A stretch of DNA of 64,000 nucleotides from a virus (taxonomy: Duplodnaviria > Caudoviricetes), in the IMG/VR virus record IMGVR_UViG_3300037067_024509, positions 18,724 to 82,723 of that record, one strand, 5' to 3'. The position numbers and the translations under genes were made by a program. How positions within the stretch are numbered: position 1 is the first letter of the stretch; every line of letters begins with the position of its first letter. Of the stretch, positions 49,408 to 58,733 are shown piece by piece. The notes under the pieces are model-generated. The model did no database searches and was not told where the DNA came from. It worked only from the letters and a program-made list of their open reading frames with translations.

Positions 49408-51531
49408 ATGGATTTCATTGACCGGTTAAAATTAATTCTTGAAGCGCCTGAAGATGATATTGATTCTGGAATTGAGCCAGAAGATGAAGGCGATATTGAG
49501 CCAGAAGGTGAATCAGATGTTCCTGAAACAGCTAAATCTGAAGATGGTGAAAGTGAAAAATCTGAAGTTGAAAAATTAGTTGATAAAGAGCAAGGTGTTG
49601 TTGATTGGACAGGTATACCAGATCCTACTCCTGGTAAGAGTATAGTTGATTTAAAAAGTGTAAGGAAACCGCTTGAAAATGGTTGGACTACAGAAGAGGT
49701 TATTTCAGCGCTTAAACCTACTATTCTTTTCTTTGCTAAGAAATATTCTACACCGACATTTAGTGTAGAAGATGGTATTGCTGAATGTATGACTGGTGTT
49801 CTTACAGCATTAAAAAATGATAAAGGATTATCAGCATTTACTACTCATGTATATCGTTATCTTTCAACATCTGCTCAAAGAGGGGCTGGTAAAGCTTCTA
49901 ATGTATCTGGAGTACCACAGACTAAGGGTGGTAAATATGACTTTTTAGCTGCTTCTCGTGCTACTGTTAGTGCTGATACTCCAATGCCTTCAGAAGGAGA
50001 TAAAGAAGAAACTTATTCTAGTCAAATTGAGAGTCACTATGGTAAAGCTGGTGAGTCAGCAGCAAAACAGCGGTCAATGGCTAAACTTATTAAGCATTTC
50101 CTTAATGCACCATCTGTTGGATTATCAGATAAAGAAAAATTGATATTACAATTAACTTATGGTATATCTGAAGATGGTAAAATTAAAGAACCTAAATCGA
50201 CTAAAGAATTAGCTGATACTCTTGGAGTATCATTAGTTAGAATAAGTCAAATTCGTACTGGTGCTATTAATAAAATTAAAGAATATATTGATGCACGTAA
50301 ATTCTCAAGTGAAGAGCAAGCAGCGGAGAAACTTGGACTTGAAGAATCTAAATTATTAGCAATAGCTAAAGGATTATTGAATATAATTAAAGAAACAATT
50401 CAGCTTGAAATAGATATATTATCAGAAAATCAAATAATAAAAATTGAATCAAACCATCGTGGAATTAATGAGACAGTATCAATTATAGTTGATACTGTCT
50501 CATTAGAAGTTAAAAATGCAATAAGTGAAAACAATGAAAGTGTACTTGGTGAAATTAGTAAATCATTACTTGATGAAGCTACTAGTATTGCTAAATCAAG
50601 AGTATCAAAAGAATATTTCTGTGAGATGGTCAACAATGTTATTAGCATGCAAGCTCAACCAATTTTAGCAACTATTAATAATTCATTATCAGTTAATCAG
50701 ATACCATTTAGATTTTTAAGAAATCGTGGTATAGAGAAAGCAATGGGCGATGCTGAAAAGAAAGTATTTGGCAAAAGAAATATTGAAGATGCTGTATATG
50801 AAAGTAATGGAGATGTTAGAGAAATAACATGGTGGTATCCAATTAAGTATAGATCAGAAATTAGCAAAATGCGTGATATAATGGGTAAAAAAGGTTTTAT
50901 AATGAAGGAAAATGTTGGCAGTAAATTAAGAAGTGGAACTTATGTAACTGAAGTAAATGTTCCATATTTAAATAATGAAGGTAATACAACATATAGAGTT
51001 GAATTTTTAATATATGGTGAATTTTTAGAAGAAACTGAAATAATAAGAATTGATGATGTTGATACTGGTGATAGGAATATTGATTTAGTAACTGTTGATC
51101 TTGATACAATTGAAAAAGCTATTAATGAGAAAATTAAGTCTGGTGAGATACATAAAATATCAGATGATGAAGATAATGAAGATAATTTAACAGTAAGAGA
51201 GAATATAGAAGATTTAGCACCTGTTGCTAAAGAATCCCCAAGATATGAAAGAATGTTTTACGAATTATCGCCAGAAGAGCAGAATGTTTTGAATAATATT
51301 AAAACAGTTGATGATTTAAAATCAGTTGAAGTTGTTGGTGAATGGTCTGATGATCATGTTCCTTGTGTTGGTGTTAAAATAAATGGTGTAGAGATAGGGT
51401 TTTGGTGGTTAGATAATAGTGGTATAGCTGCTTTTCATTATCCTGATAGTGGAAAAGCGAAGCAGACTATTGTTGATATCATAATTGATCAAATTAAAAT
51501 GTATAACGAGGATCCAGACAATAATATTTAA
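49408..51531 (+). CDS. Sigma-70-family factor (regions 2 and 4) with acidic N-terminus and ~400-aa C-terminal extension
   Basis: AKKYS...VEDGIAE...GVLTAL...FTTHVY; LSDKEKLILQLTYG...STKELADTLGVSLVRISQI...AINKIK. Confidence 0.8.
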   Translation: MDFIDRLKLILEAPEDDIDSGIEPEDEGDIEPEGESDVPETAKSEDGESEKSEVEKLVDKEQGVVDWTGIPDPTPGKSIVDLKSVRKPLENGWTTEEVISALKPTILFFAKKYSTPTFSVEDGIAECMTGVLTALKNDKGLSAFTTHVYRYLSTSAQRGAGKASNVSGVPQTKGGKYDFLAASRATVSADTPMPSEGDKEETYSSQIESHYGKAGESAAKQRSMAKLIKHFLNAPSVGLSDKEKLILQLTYGISEDGKIKEPKSTKELADTLGVSLVRISQIRTGAINKIKEYIDARKFSSEEQAAEKLGLEESKLLAIAKGLLNIIKETIQLEIDILSENQIIKIESNHRGINETVSIIVDTVSLEVKNAISENNESVLGEISKSLLDEATSIAKSRVSKEYFCEMVNNVISMQAQPILATINNSLSVNQIPFRFLRNRGIEKAMGDAEKKVFGKRNIEDAVYESNGDVREITWWYPIKYRSEISKMRDIMGKKGFIMKENVGSKLRSGTYVTEVNVPYLNNEGNTTYRVEFLIYGEFLEETEIIRIDDVDTGDRNIDLVTVDLDTIEKAINEKIKSGEIHKISDDEDNEDNLTVRENIEDLAPVAKESPRYERMFYELSPEEQNVLNNIKTVDDLKSVEVVGEWSDDHVPCVGVKINGVEIGFWWLDNSGIAAFHYPDSGKAKQTIVDIIIDQIKMYNEDPDNNI

Positions 51532-51546
51532 AGTATTTTAACATTA

Positions 51547-53454
51547 GTGTTAATAGTATTAGAAGATAATCATAAGCTTAGACTGTCTCAAGTATTTCCT
51601 CAACAAGAGGAAATACTATATAAACATTTTAGTGTACGTGATCCAAAAGCTATATATGCTAAAAGTGCTAAAAGCGGAGGATGGGATGGTATATGGCGAA
51701 AATACAATAGAAATTCTCAAACTCTTAGAAGACCATTTTTAGCAGAATTAATAGAATTATGTAAAGAACATAATTTTCCATATGAAATAATAGATCAAAG
51801 AGAGAAATCTAAATATCCAAGACCATCAGTTGGATCATTTGATAATACGTTAATAGATGGAATTGTATTACGTGATAATCAAATGGATGCATTAAATGCA
51901 GTATCATTAAATGGAAATAGTGAAAAAGATATAATCTCAGAAGTAGGGATGATAGCTCATACAACTGGAAGTGGTAAAACTAATACAATGGCCGGAATAA
52001 TAAAATTATTTAGATGCCCAACAGTAATAATAACTGAACAAGTTGTAGTATTAGACCAAATAGTTAAAAATATGCAGTTAAAAAATGTTGTTCATAATAA
52101 TGACATAGGATTATTCACATCAGGGTTCACTCCAAATAATAATATTGTAATAATAGGATCAGTACAAGCATTACAAACACCAAAAAAACCAATATGGTCA
52201 GAATTTGAAGTAAAATTGACTACTGTAGAAAGAGATTTTTATAAACTAATGATAGACAATTGTAATAAAGCATATGCTAGTGTTGGTGAACTAAATGCTA
52301 AATGCTGGTTTAGAACCATATTCATTGATAAATTTATAAAAAACAATCAAGAAAATGTAGAAACAATTCATCCAGAAATAAAAAATGATTATTTTAAAGC
52401 ATATAATATATTAATAAATAATAAAGAATATTTATCGAAATATAAAGAAGAAGAGATAGAATTATTTTTATTAGATATAAATATAAAGCCAAAAGAATTT
52501 GAACTTTGTATAGAAAAAGCCATTAATATATTTATGCCAGTAATAAAAGATAAGTATTTTCAAATAGCTATAAAAGGATATCATTCAAGATTCGAAAAAT
52601 CACAATTAGTACAAAAATTAGTTGAAAAATGTGAGTTATTAATGATAGATGAAGCTGATAAAGGATCATCAAAATACTATGAACCATTATTTAATACATG
52701 GTTCAATGGAAGATATATATATGGATTTAGTGGAACACCATATGATAGAGATAAGCCAGTAGAAAACTTAATACTCAGAGAAAGATTTGGATCAATATTA
52801 TCAGAAACAGATAGAAAAGAAATGACAGAAGTAGGAAATATACAACCAATAAAATACTATATGATCCAATTTGGAAAAGAAGATCCAATGGATAAAACAG
52901 CATTTGATATAGCAGAAAAAAGAGAAATAATTAACAATAATGAATTTCATAAAAAAATTGAAGCAATAATAAATTCATTTAAAGAAGAAAGATTCTTAAT
53001 ATTAATTGATACCGCAGCAGTAGAAGAATTTGGAAAAACATTAGAACAAAAAATTAATGGATCAATATTTATATCAGGACAAACAATACGATCAAAAAGA
53101 AATAAAGTACTAAAAGACTTTGAAGAAGGAAACCTAAAAGTATTAATAGGCAGTAAAATACTTAAAAGAGGATTAGACTTACATGCTATAGATAATATGA
53201 TAATGATTGGTGCAGGTAAAAAAGAATCTAATATAGATCAAATAATAGGAAGAGCAGTAAGAAAAACAGAAAGAGGATGGAGCAGAGTATTCGCATTTTA
53301 CCATACAGCAAATTATTATTTACTAACACACTCAAGAAGACAACTAAAATTTGTGGTAGGATTAAAACAATATCCAGTAACAATAATATATGGAAATAAA
53401 CAAATAACAGGCGAAAAATTCATAAAAAATAGATATAAAATAAAACTATATTAA
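51547..53454 (+). CDS. Superfamily 2 DNA helicase (UvsW-like)
   Basis: TTGSGKT, IDEAD, FSGTP, RGLD, QIIGRAVR. Confidence 0.9.
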   Translation: MLIVLEDNHKLRLSQVFPQQEEILYKHFSVRDPKAIYAKSAKSGGWDGIWRKYNRNSQTLRRPFLAELIELCKEHNFPYEIIDQREKSKYPRPSVGSFDNTLIDGIVLRDNQMDALNAVSLNGNSEKDIISEVGMIAHTTGSGKTNTMAGIIKLFRCPTVIITEQVVVLDQIVKNMQLKNVVHNNDIGLFTSGFTPNNNIVIIGSVQALQTPKKPIWSEFEVKLTTVERDFYKLMIDNCNKAYASVGELNAKCWFRTIFIDKFIKNNQENVETIHPEIKNDYFKAYNILINNKEYLSKYKEEEIELFLLDINIKPKEFELCIEKAINIFMPVIKDKYFQIAIKGYHSRFEKSQLVQKLVEKCELLMIDEADKGSSKYYEPLFNTWFNGRYIYGFSGTPYDRDKPVENLILRERFGSILSETDRKEMTEVGNIQPIKYYMIQFGKEDPMDKTAFDIAEKREIINNNEFHKKIEAIINSFKEERFLILIDTAAVEEFGKTLEQKINGSIFISGQTIRSKRNKVLKDFEEGNLKVLIGSKILKRGLDLHAIDNMIMIGAGKKESNIDQIIGRAVRKTERGWSRVFAFYHTANYYLLTHSRRQLKFVVGLKQYPVTIIYGNKQITGEKFIKNRYKIKLY

Positions 53455-53491
53455 TAGTAAATCAAGTCAAATATTAATAGTAAATAATTTT

Positions 53492-54232
53492 ATGCCAGTC
53501 CCAGATAAAACTATAACAATAACAGAAATTAAAATAAAACCTAAAAACCACTATTTTGACAATGAATTAGTACAAAACCTATTAAAAAAATACAACTTAA
53601 GAGGATGCGTAGATATAGAATTACGTGACGAAATAATGTCACATGCAGATGAATTAATAAGACAAGTAATAAGAGCACATAATTTCGAACACATATTCCC
53701 AAACAGAGACAAATCATCATTCTTTGAATTACACCAAGTAGCATGGATGCAAATCGAAAAAGTATTATATAAATACGATCCACGTCCAGGATCTCCAAAA
53801 CTTTTTAATCTTTTTTCTCAGATTGCTAAAACTAGGATTTTGGCCTATTTGAAAAAAGAAAAGAGAGATAAAAAGAATGTTGTTAATTATAAAGACTTTT
53901 TGAATAGGAAACAAAAAGTAAAACTCAAAAATTCTGCAGATGTCGAAACATGGCTACAAGAAGCCAGAGAAATGATGCAATATAATGAAGATTTTATAAA
54001 AATACTAAATTCAATAGAATACATATGGTATAATGATGAAAAACCACATGATGGGTTAATAGGCAAAATAGAACAAAGCAGTGGTAAAAGTAGAAATGTT
54101 ATAAGCAACTTCTTTAAAACATTAAGACTAAGAAGAGATGAGTTCACAGCTAACTTAATGGAAATAAAAGACTACAAAGAAAATGATCCAAGTGATGGAA
54201 ATGAATTCTTTTACGTAGATCAAGATCAATAA
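53492..54232 (+). CDS. Late sigma factor (T4 gp55-like)
   Basis: YFDNE, KYDP...KLFNLFSQIAKTRI (region-2 type). Confidence 0.75.
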   Translation: MPVPDKTITITEIKIKPKNHYFDNELVQNLLKKYNLRGCVDIELRDEIMSHADELIRQVIRAHNFEHIFPNRDKSSFFELHQVAWMQIEKVLYKYDPRPGSPKLFNLFSQIAKTRILAYLKKEKRDKKNVVNYKDFLNRKQKVKLKNSADVETWLQEAREMMQYNEDFIKILNSIEYIWYNDEKPHDGLIGKIEQSSGKSRNVISNFFKTLRLRRDEFTANLMEIKDYKENDPSDGNEFFYVDQDQ

Positions 54233-54242
54233 AATATAGTTT

Positions 54243-54827
54243 ATGGCAATACCTAAATCAGTACGTGAAAGAATACATCGGAGAACTAGATCAAAAAAAG
54301 TTACTCCACAAGGTACTGATTTACCAGGAAGAATAGCAGTAAAAAAAACAGCTAATAATGATCCCAAAAATAGTGATGTAGATGAAAAGAAATTTATGGA
54401 AGACATAATAAAATTTTATAAAGGTGGAGAACCAATAATAGATGAAGACATAATAAAATTAATAGATATATTAATAAATGAATCAATTGAAGGAAATGGA
54501 ACATCGCCATTAAAAATTGAACGTTTAAATGAAATGAAAGATATTGTAAAAAACAAATTATTCAAAGAATCATCAGATGATCCAGAAATACAATTATCAT
54601 TCAAAATAAGTACGCGTAATAAATCAACTGCTCAGGGAATAAAAGATTTAATAATAGCATTAGAAGCATTAGGATCATGGGGATGCAGTAGAGAAGTAAA
54701 ATTATATTTTGATGGCGATGGTCATAATAGATTAAAAATAAATGAATTACAAGTAACTGGTGCAGAACTTGAAGATAATAAAATAAACTCTGATATGGAT
54801 ATAATAACTATTGGATCTTTTGATTAG
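54243..54827 (+). CDS. Hypothetical protein
   Basis: 194-aa ORF; AAAATATA-N4-ATG. Confidence 0.6.
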   Translation: MAIPKSVRERIHRRTRSKKVTPQGTDLPGRIAVKKTANNDPKNSDVDEKKFMEDIIKFYKGGEPIIDEDIIKLIDILINESIEGNGTSPLKIERLNEMKDIVKNKLFKESSDDPEIQLSFKISTRNKSTAQGIKDLIIALEALGSWGCSREVKLYFDGDGHNRLKINELQVTGAELEDNKINSDMDIITIGSFD

Positions 54828-54839
54828 TATATATAATAT

Positions 54840-55418
54840 ATGGCAGATCAAGAGGAAAAATTAGATCCTGACTTACAAGCTTTAATGTCTGAGCTTGGTA
54901 AAGTAGAAGGTGAAATAAAGACAGAAATAGAATCGAAACAAATAGAAGAACAAAAACCAGTAGAAGAGCAAAAACCAATAGAAGAAATAGCTGTAGAAGA
55001 ACCAAAATTAATATCACCAGAAATAGTAAAACATGTTGAAGTTGAACAGGTAGGTATAGCAGATAAAGAGAAGGTAAGAATACAATCAAAACTTATAGGA
55101 TTAATAGATATACACTGTGATAACGCTGTTAAAATAATAGAAGATGTTGAATCAGATAGAAGAAAATGTGATGATGTATACAATATATTATACGCAAAAG
55201 TCCAAGATGGTGATTATAGAGCATCTGATATTGCAGCATTAGTATCAGTTTTACAGACAAAGGGTGACATCAGCAAGACTAGATCGGATATGATGGATTC
55301 TGTTGCAAAGATGTTGGCATCAATTAAGAATAATAATACTGTTCCTACAGATCCTAATAATGGGAATGGAGATTTGTCACAAGAAGATATTAAAAAATTA
55401 TTATCTAATGAACCATAA
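54840..55418 (+). CDS. Possible terminase small subunit
   Basis: Helical protein immediately upstream of TerL once the inserted endonuclease gene is ignored. Confidence 0.4.
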   Translation: MADQEEKLDPDLQALMSELGKVEGEIKTEIESKQIEEQKPVEEQKPIEEIAVEEPKLISPEIVKHVEVEQVGIADKEKVRIQSKLIGLIDIHCDNAVKIIEDVESDRRKCDDVYNILYAKVQDGDYRASDIAALVSVLQTKGDISKTRSDMMDSVAKMLASIKNNNTVPTDPNNGNGDLSQEDIKKLLSNEP

Positions 55419-55419
55419 A

Positions 55420-56784
55420 TTATATTTTTAGAATATACTTGATAAGACCGGCATCCCAATATTTTTGAAATTTATAATTTACTTTTACTTTGTTTTTGTT
55501 ATATTGTCGATCTCCTTTAATATAAAAATAATTAGGCTTTGTAATTTTTAATAATTTGAATCCTGATTTTTTATGAAAATTATCAATATTATATCTTCTA
55601 TTTATATTGCTTATTATTACTTTTGGTTTTGTTTTATTAATAAAATAACGTAATAATTTATTTGCTCCATTTATAATATTAATGTTTAATTCGCTTGAAT
55701 ATCTTGTTAATTTCCATTCGTATTTTTTATACTTATTGAATCCCATAACGTATACTAATTTATTATTAATTATTAGTCCTAATTTGACATGTGTATTAAT
55801 TTTACCTTGTAAATTAGTTCTTATAGTAAATTCATTAAATTCTTTATTTGATAATTCTTTTACTTTACATTTAGATGCATTAACTTTAGTTGATATGTTA
55901 ACTTGTGATAATATTATTGATTTGATTATATCTTTATAATATCTCCATTCATAATCGGTTATTTGTAATAATTTTATTCCTAATTTATCACATAGATCAT
56001 GTTTTAAGTTATGTTTAAATTTTGATTTATTAAAATATGAGTGCCAGTATACTCCGTTATATTCTATAGCTAATTTGTAATCTGGTAAATATATATCTAA
56101 TTCATATGGCTTAATTATTGATCTTGAATTTCTAATTATTTTTATATTGTTTAATAAATTAGTTATTTCGCTTTCTCCTTTTGATATTATATTAATACAT
56201 TTTGGACATCCATGACCTTTCAAATGGTTACTTGGTGTTTGTTCAAATTCACCATGAATTTGACATATAATTTTAACTTTAATACGATTAGTATCATAAT
56301 TTATTAATGAATAATTATATTTATTACCATGAATTAATTTAGCTTTATTAATAAAGATATCTTTTGTTGATTTATTATATAAATTGGATTTTATATGGCC
56401 ACATTTTGGACATCCTTGTCCACATATATGTTTATTCGCTAATTGAATAAAATCTCCATGTATTGGACATGTTATAATTAATTTATTTTTTAATCCTGTA
56501 TATATTGTTTTTGTATAGTCGTATTTATTTTTATGTTTAATATTGGATTTTAATATAAAATGTTCTTTATTATTGATTTTATGTGAACAACAACATTTTA
56601 TACACCCATGTCCTTTTAAATGTGAATTTAAAACTTGTTCAAATTTACCATGTACTGGACATACTATATTGTTTTTATATGATGTTAATATTTCATTTGA
56701 TGTTTTAGAATAAATAAGTTGTGAATAATCATATTTATTACCATGTATTTGTTTGGCTTTTTCAATAAACAAATTTATATTCAT
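55420..56784 (-). CDS. Free-standing endonuclease E: 3 Zn-finger repeats + PD-(D/E)xK nuclease + degenerate GNAT-like domain
   Basis: YELDIYLP...IEYNGVYWHS; WDAG; inverted relative to its neighbours. Confidence 0.8.
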   Translation of the reverse strand: MNINLFIEKAKQIHGNKYDYSQLIYSKTSNEILTSYKNNIVCPVHGKFEQVLNSHLKGHGCIKCCCSHKINNKEHFILKSNIKHKNKYDYTKTIYTGLKNKLIITCPIHGDFIQLANKHICGQGCPKCGHIKSNLYNKSTKDIFINKAKLIHGNKYNYSLINYDTNRIKVKIICQIHGEFEQTPSNHLKGHGCPKCINIISKGESEITNLLNNIKIIRNSRSIIKPYELDIYLPDYKLAIEYNGVYWHSYFNKSKFKHNLKHDLCDKLGIKLLQITDYEWRYYKDIIKSIILSQVNISTKVNASKCKVKELSNKEFNEFTIRTNLQGKINTHVKLGLIINNKLVYVMGFNKYKKYEWKLTRYSSELNINIINGANKLLRYFINKTKPKVIISNINRRYNIDNFHKKSGFKLLKITKPNYFYIKGDRQYNKNKVKVNYKFQKYWDAGLIKYILKI

Positions 56785-56786
56785 AT

Positions 56787-58709
56787 ATGATTACTAAAGA
56801 ACAAAAGAAGGAGATTCTTAGGAGATGTAAAGAGTCTCCTACATACTTTATTGAAAATTTTTGCAAAATCAAGCATGCAAACGCCGGTATTATTCCTTTT
56901 AGGCTATTTAAATACCAAAAAGCTTCTATTAAAAAGTTTCAGGAGAATGATAGGTTAATTTATTTAAAATGCCGTCAGAGTGGTATTTCCACCCTTACTG
57001 GTGCTTATTCGTTGTGGACGGCGATGTTTCATCCTAATAAGAAGATTTTGATTGTTAGTAAGAGGGATGAGGATGCTATTGGATATTTAGATAGGAATAT
57101 TAAGTTTGTTTATGAAAATTTGCCTTCTGAGATTTTTCATTGTGTTTTTGGTGATCCTAGGTCTGGTATTAATAGGAGATATCCACCGCCTAAGTTGTGG
57201 AATGAGCATACTGTTGGGTTTTTTCATGGGTCTGAGATTAAGTCTTTAACTAGTTCTAAGGATACTCTACGTTCTAATACTGCTTCACTTGTCATTATTG
57301 ATGAGGCTGCTTTTATTCCTGAAATGGAATCGATGTGGACCTCTGGCCAACCTACATTAATGCACGGTGGCCGGGTTATAGTAATAAGCACGACTAATGG
57401 ACGTGGTGGATGGTACCATAATACTATTGAGGATGCTAAAGAACATAAAAATTCGTTTGAAGTTATAGAAATTCCATGGTATAATATGGATTGGAGTATA
57501 GAATATACTGATGATATTACAAAGAGGAAAATAAGAATTGCACCTTGTGATGGTATAACAAAGTGTGTAACTGAAGAAGATAAAGCAAGATATGGTGAAT
57601 ATAAGAGTCCATGGTTAGAAATACAATATAGGGAGTTACAAGAGAAAGGTGAACCATGGAAATTCAGACAAGAAATATTAATGGAATTTATTGGAGCAGG
57701 AAATACGGTTCTTGATACTAATGCAATAATAAGAGTATCAGAAGAAGTTGATAGTAATTTTAAAGTAGTTGAAAGACCAATATCGTATGTAAATCCAAAT
57801 CTTAGCGAAAAATATTATTTAGATTTTGCTAAATGTTTATGGATATGGAATATGCCAGAAAGAAGAAGATCACCAATAATAGATGCATTAAGTAAAATAA
57901 TAAAACCAGGAGATGATGGACATAGATATGTAATAGGTGCTGACGTTTCAACTGGAGAATCAACAGACTATCATGCAGCAGAAATAATAGATGTAACATC
58001 ATCGGAACAAGTAGCAGAATTAAAAATTAGATGTACAATAGATGAATATTCAAGAATGCTAGATTATTTAGGAAGATATTATAATAATGCATTATTGGTA
58101 GTAGAACGTACAGGCGTAGGGGAAGCAGTATTACAAGATCTTAGAAATATATTATATTACCAAAACTTATTTTATAGAAGATTGCCAAATGGTAAAAAAG
58201 ATAAGAAACCAGGATTCCCAACTGGATCAACAACTAAGGGATTTATCGTAAAAGCAATAACTGAAAATATAGGTGCAGAAGATAATAGAGGAATAAAATT
58301 CAAATCATCAAGATTAATAAGAGAGTTAAATTGCTTTATTCATTTAGGAAATGGCAGAATAGGAAATGAACCAGGAGCAGGAAATAATGATGACTTAGTA
58401 ATAGCTGCTGGACTTGCATGTATGGCAATAGTTGAAGCAATGCAAACACCAGATGGTTTATTGCCAGTAAATTCTAAAAATATAACAGACTCAATTGATG
58501 AAAAAATAGATGCAACACTTGATGATATGATACAAAAAGGTGGACATGGATTAATGTATCCAATAATGTCAACCAGTGATGAATCATTAGAAAAAACTTC
58601 AGAAGAAATGATAATGCAATTTGTAACTCAATTAGGTGGAATATCACCAGAAATGATAGAAAAAAAGAAAGCATTGCTACCAGTTAAACCATCTAAAAAA
58701 TATTTCTAA
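56787..58709 (+). CDS. terL: Terminase large subunit (gp17-like)
   Basis: LKCRQSGIST, IIDEAAF, ISTTNG, IGADVS.G, VER.GVG, DDLV. Confidence 0.95.
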   Translation: MITKEQKKEILRRCKESPTYFIENFCKIKHANAGIIPFRLFKYQKASIKKFQENDRLIYLKCRQSGISTLTGAYSLWTAMFHPNKKILIVSKRDEDAIGYLDRNIKFVYENLPSEIFHCVFGDPRSGINRRYPPPKLWNEHTVGFFHGSEIKSLTSSKDTLRSNTASLVIIDEAAFIPEMESMWTSGQPTLMHGGRVIVISTTNGRGGWYHNTIEDAKEHKNSFEVIEIPWYNMDWSIEYTDDITKRKIRIAPCDGITKCVTEEDKARYGEYKSPWLEIQYRELQEKGEPWKFRQEILMEFIGAGNTVLDTNAIIRVSEEVDSNFKVVERPISYVNPNLSEKYYLDFAKCLWIWNMPERRRSPIIDALSKIIKPGDDGHRYVIGADVSTGESTDYHAAEIIDVTSSEQVAELKIRCTIDEYSRMLDYLGRYYNNALLVVERTGVGEAVLQDLRNILYYQNLFYRRLPNGKKDKKPGFPTGSTTKGFIVKAITENIGAEDNRGIKFKSSRLIRELNCFIHLGNGRIGNEPGAGNNDDLVIAAGLACMAIVEAMQTPDGLLPVNSKNITDSIDEKIDATLDDMIQKGGHGLMYPIMSTSDESLEKTSEEMIMQFVTQLGGISPEMIEKKKALLPVKPSKKYF

Positions 58710-58733
58710 TCATTTTGTTGGTATTTCATAAAT

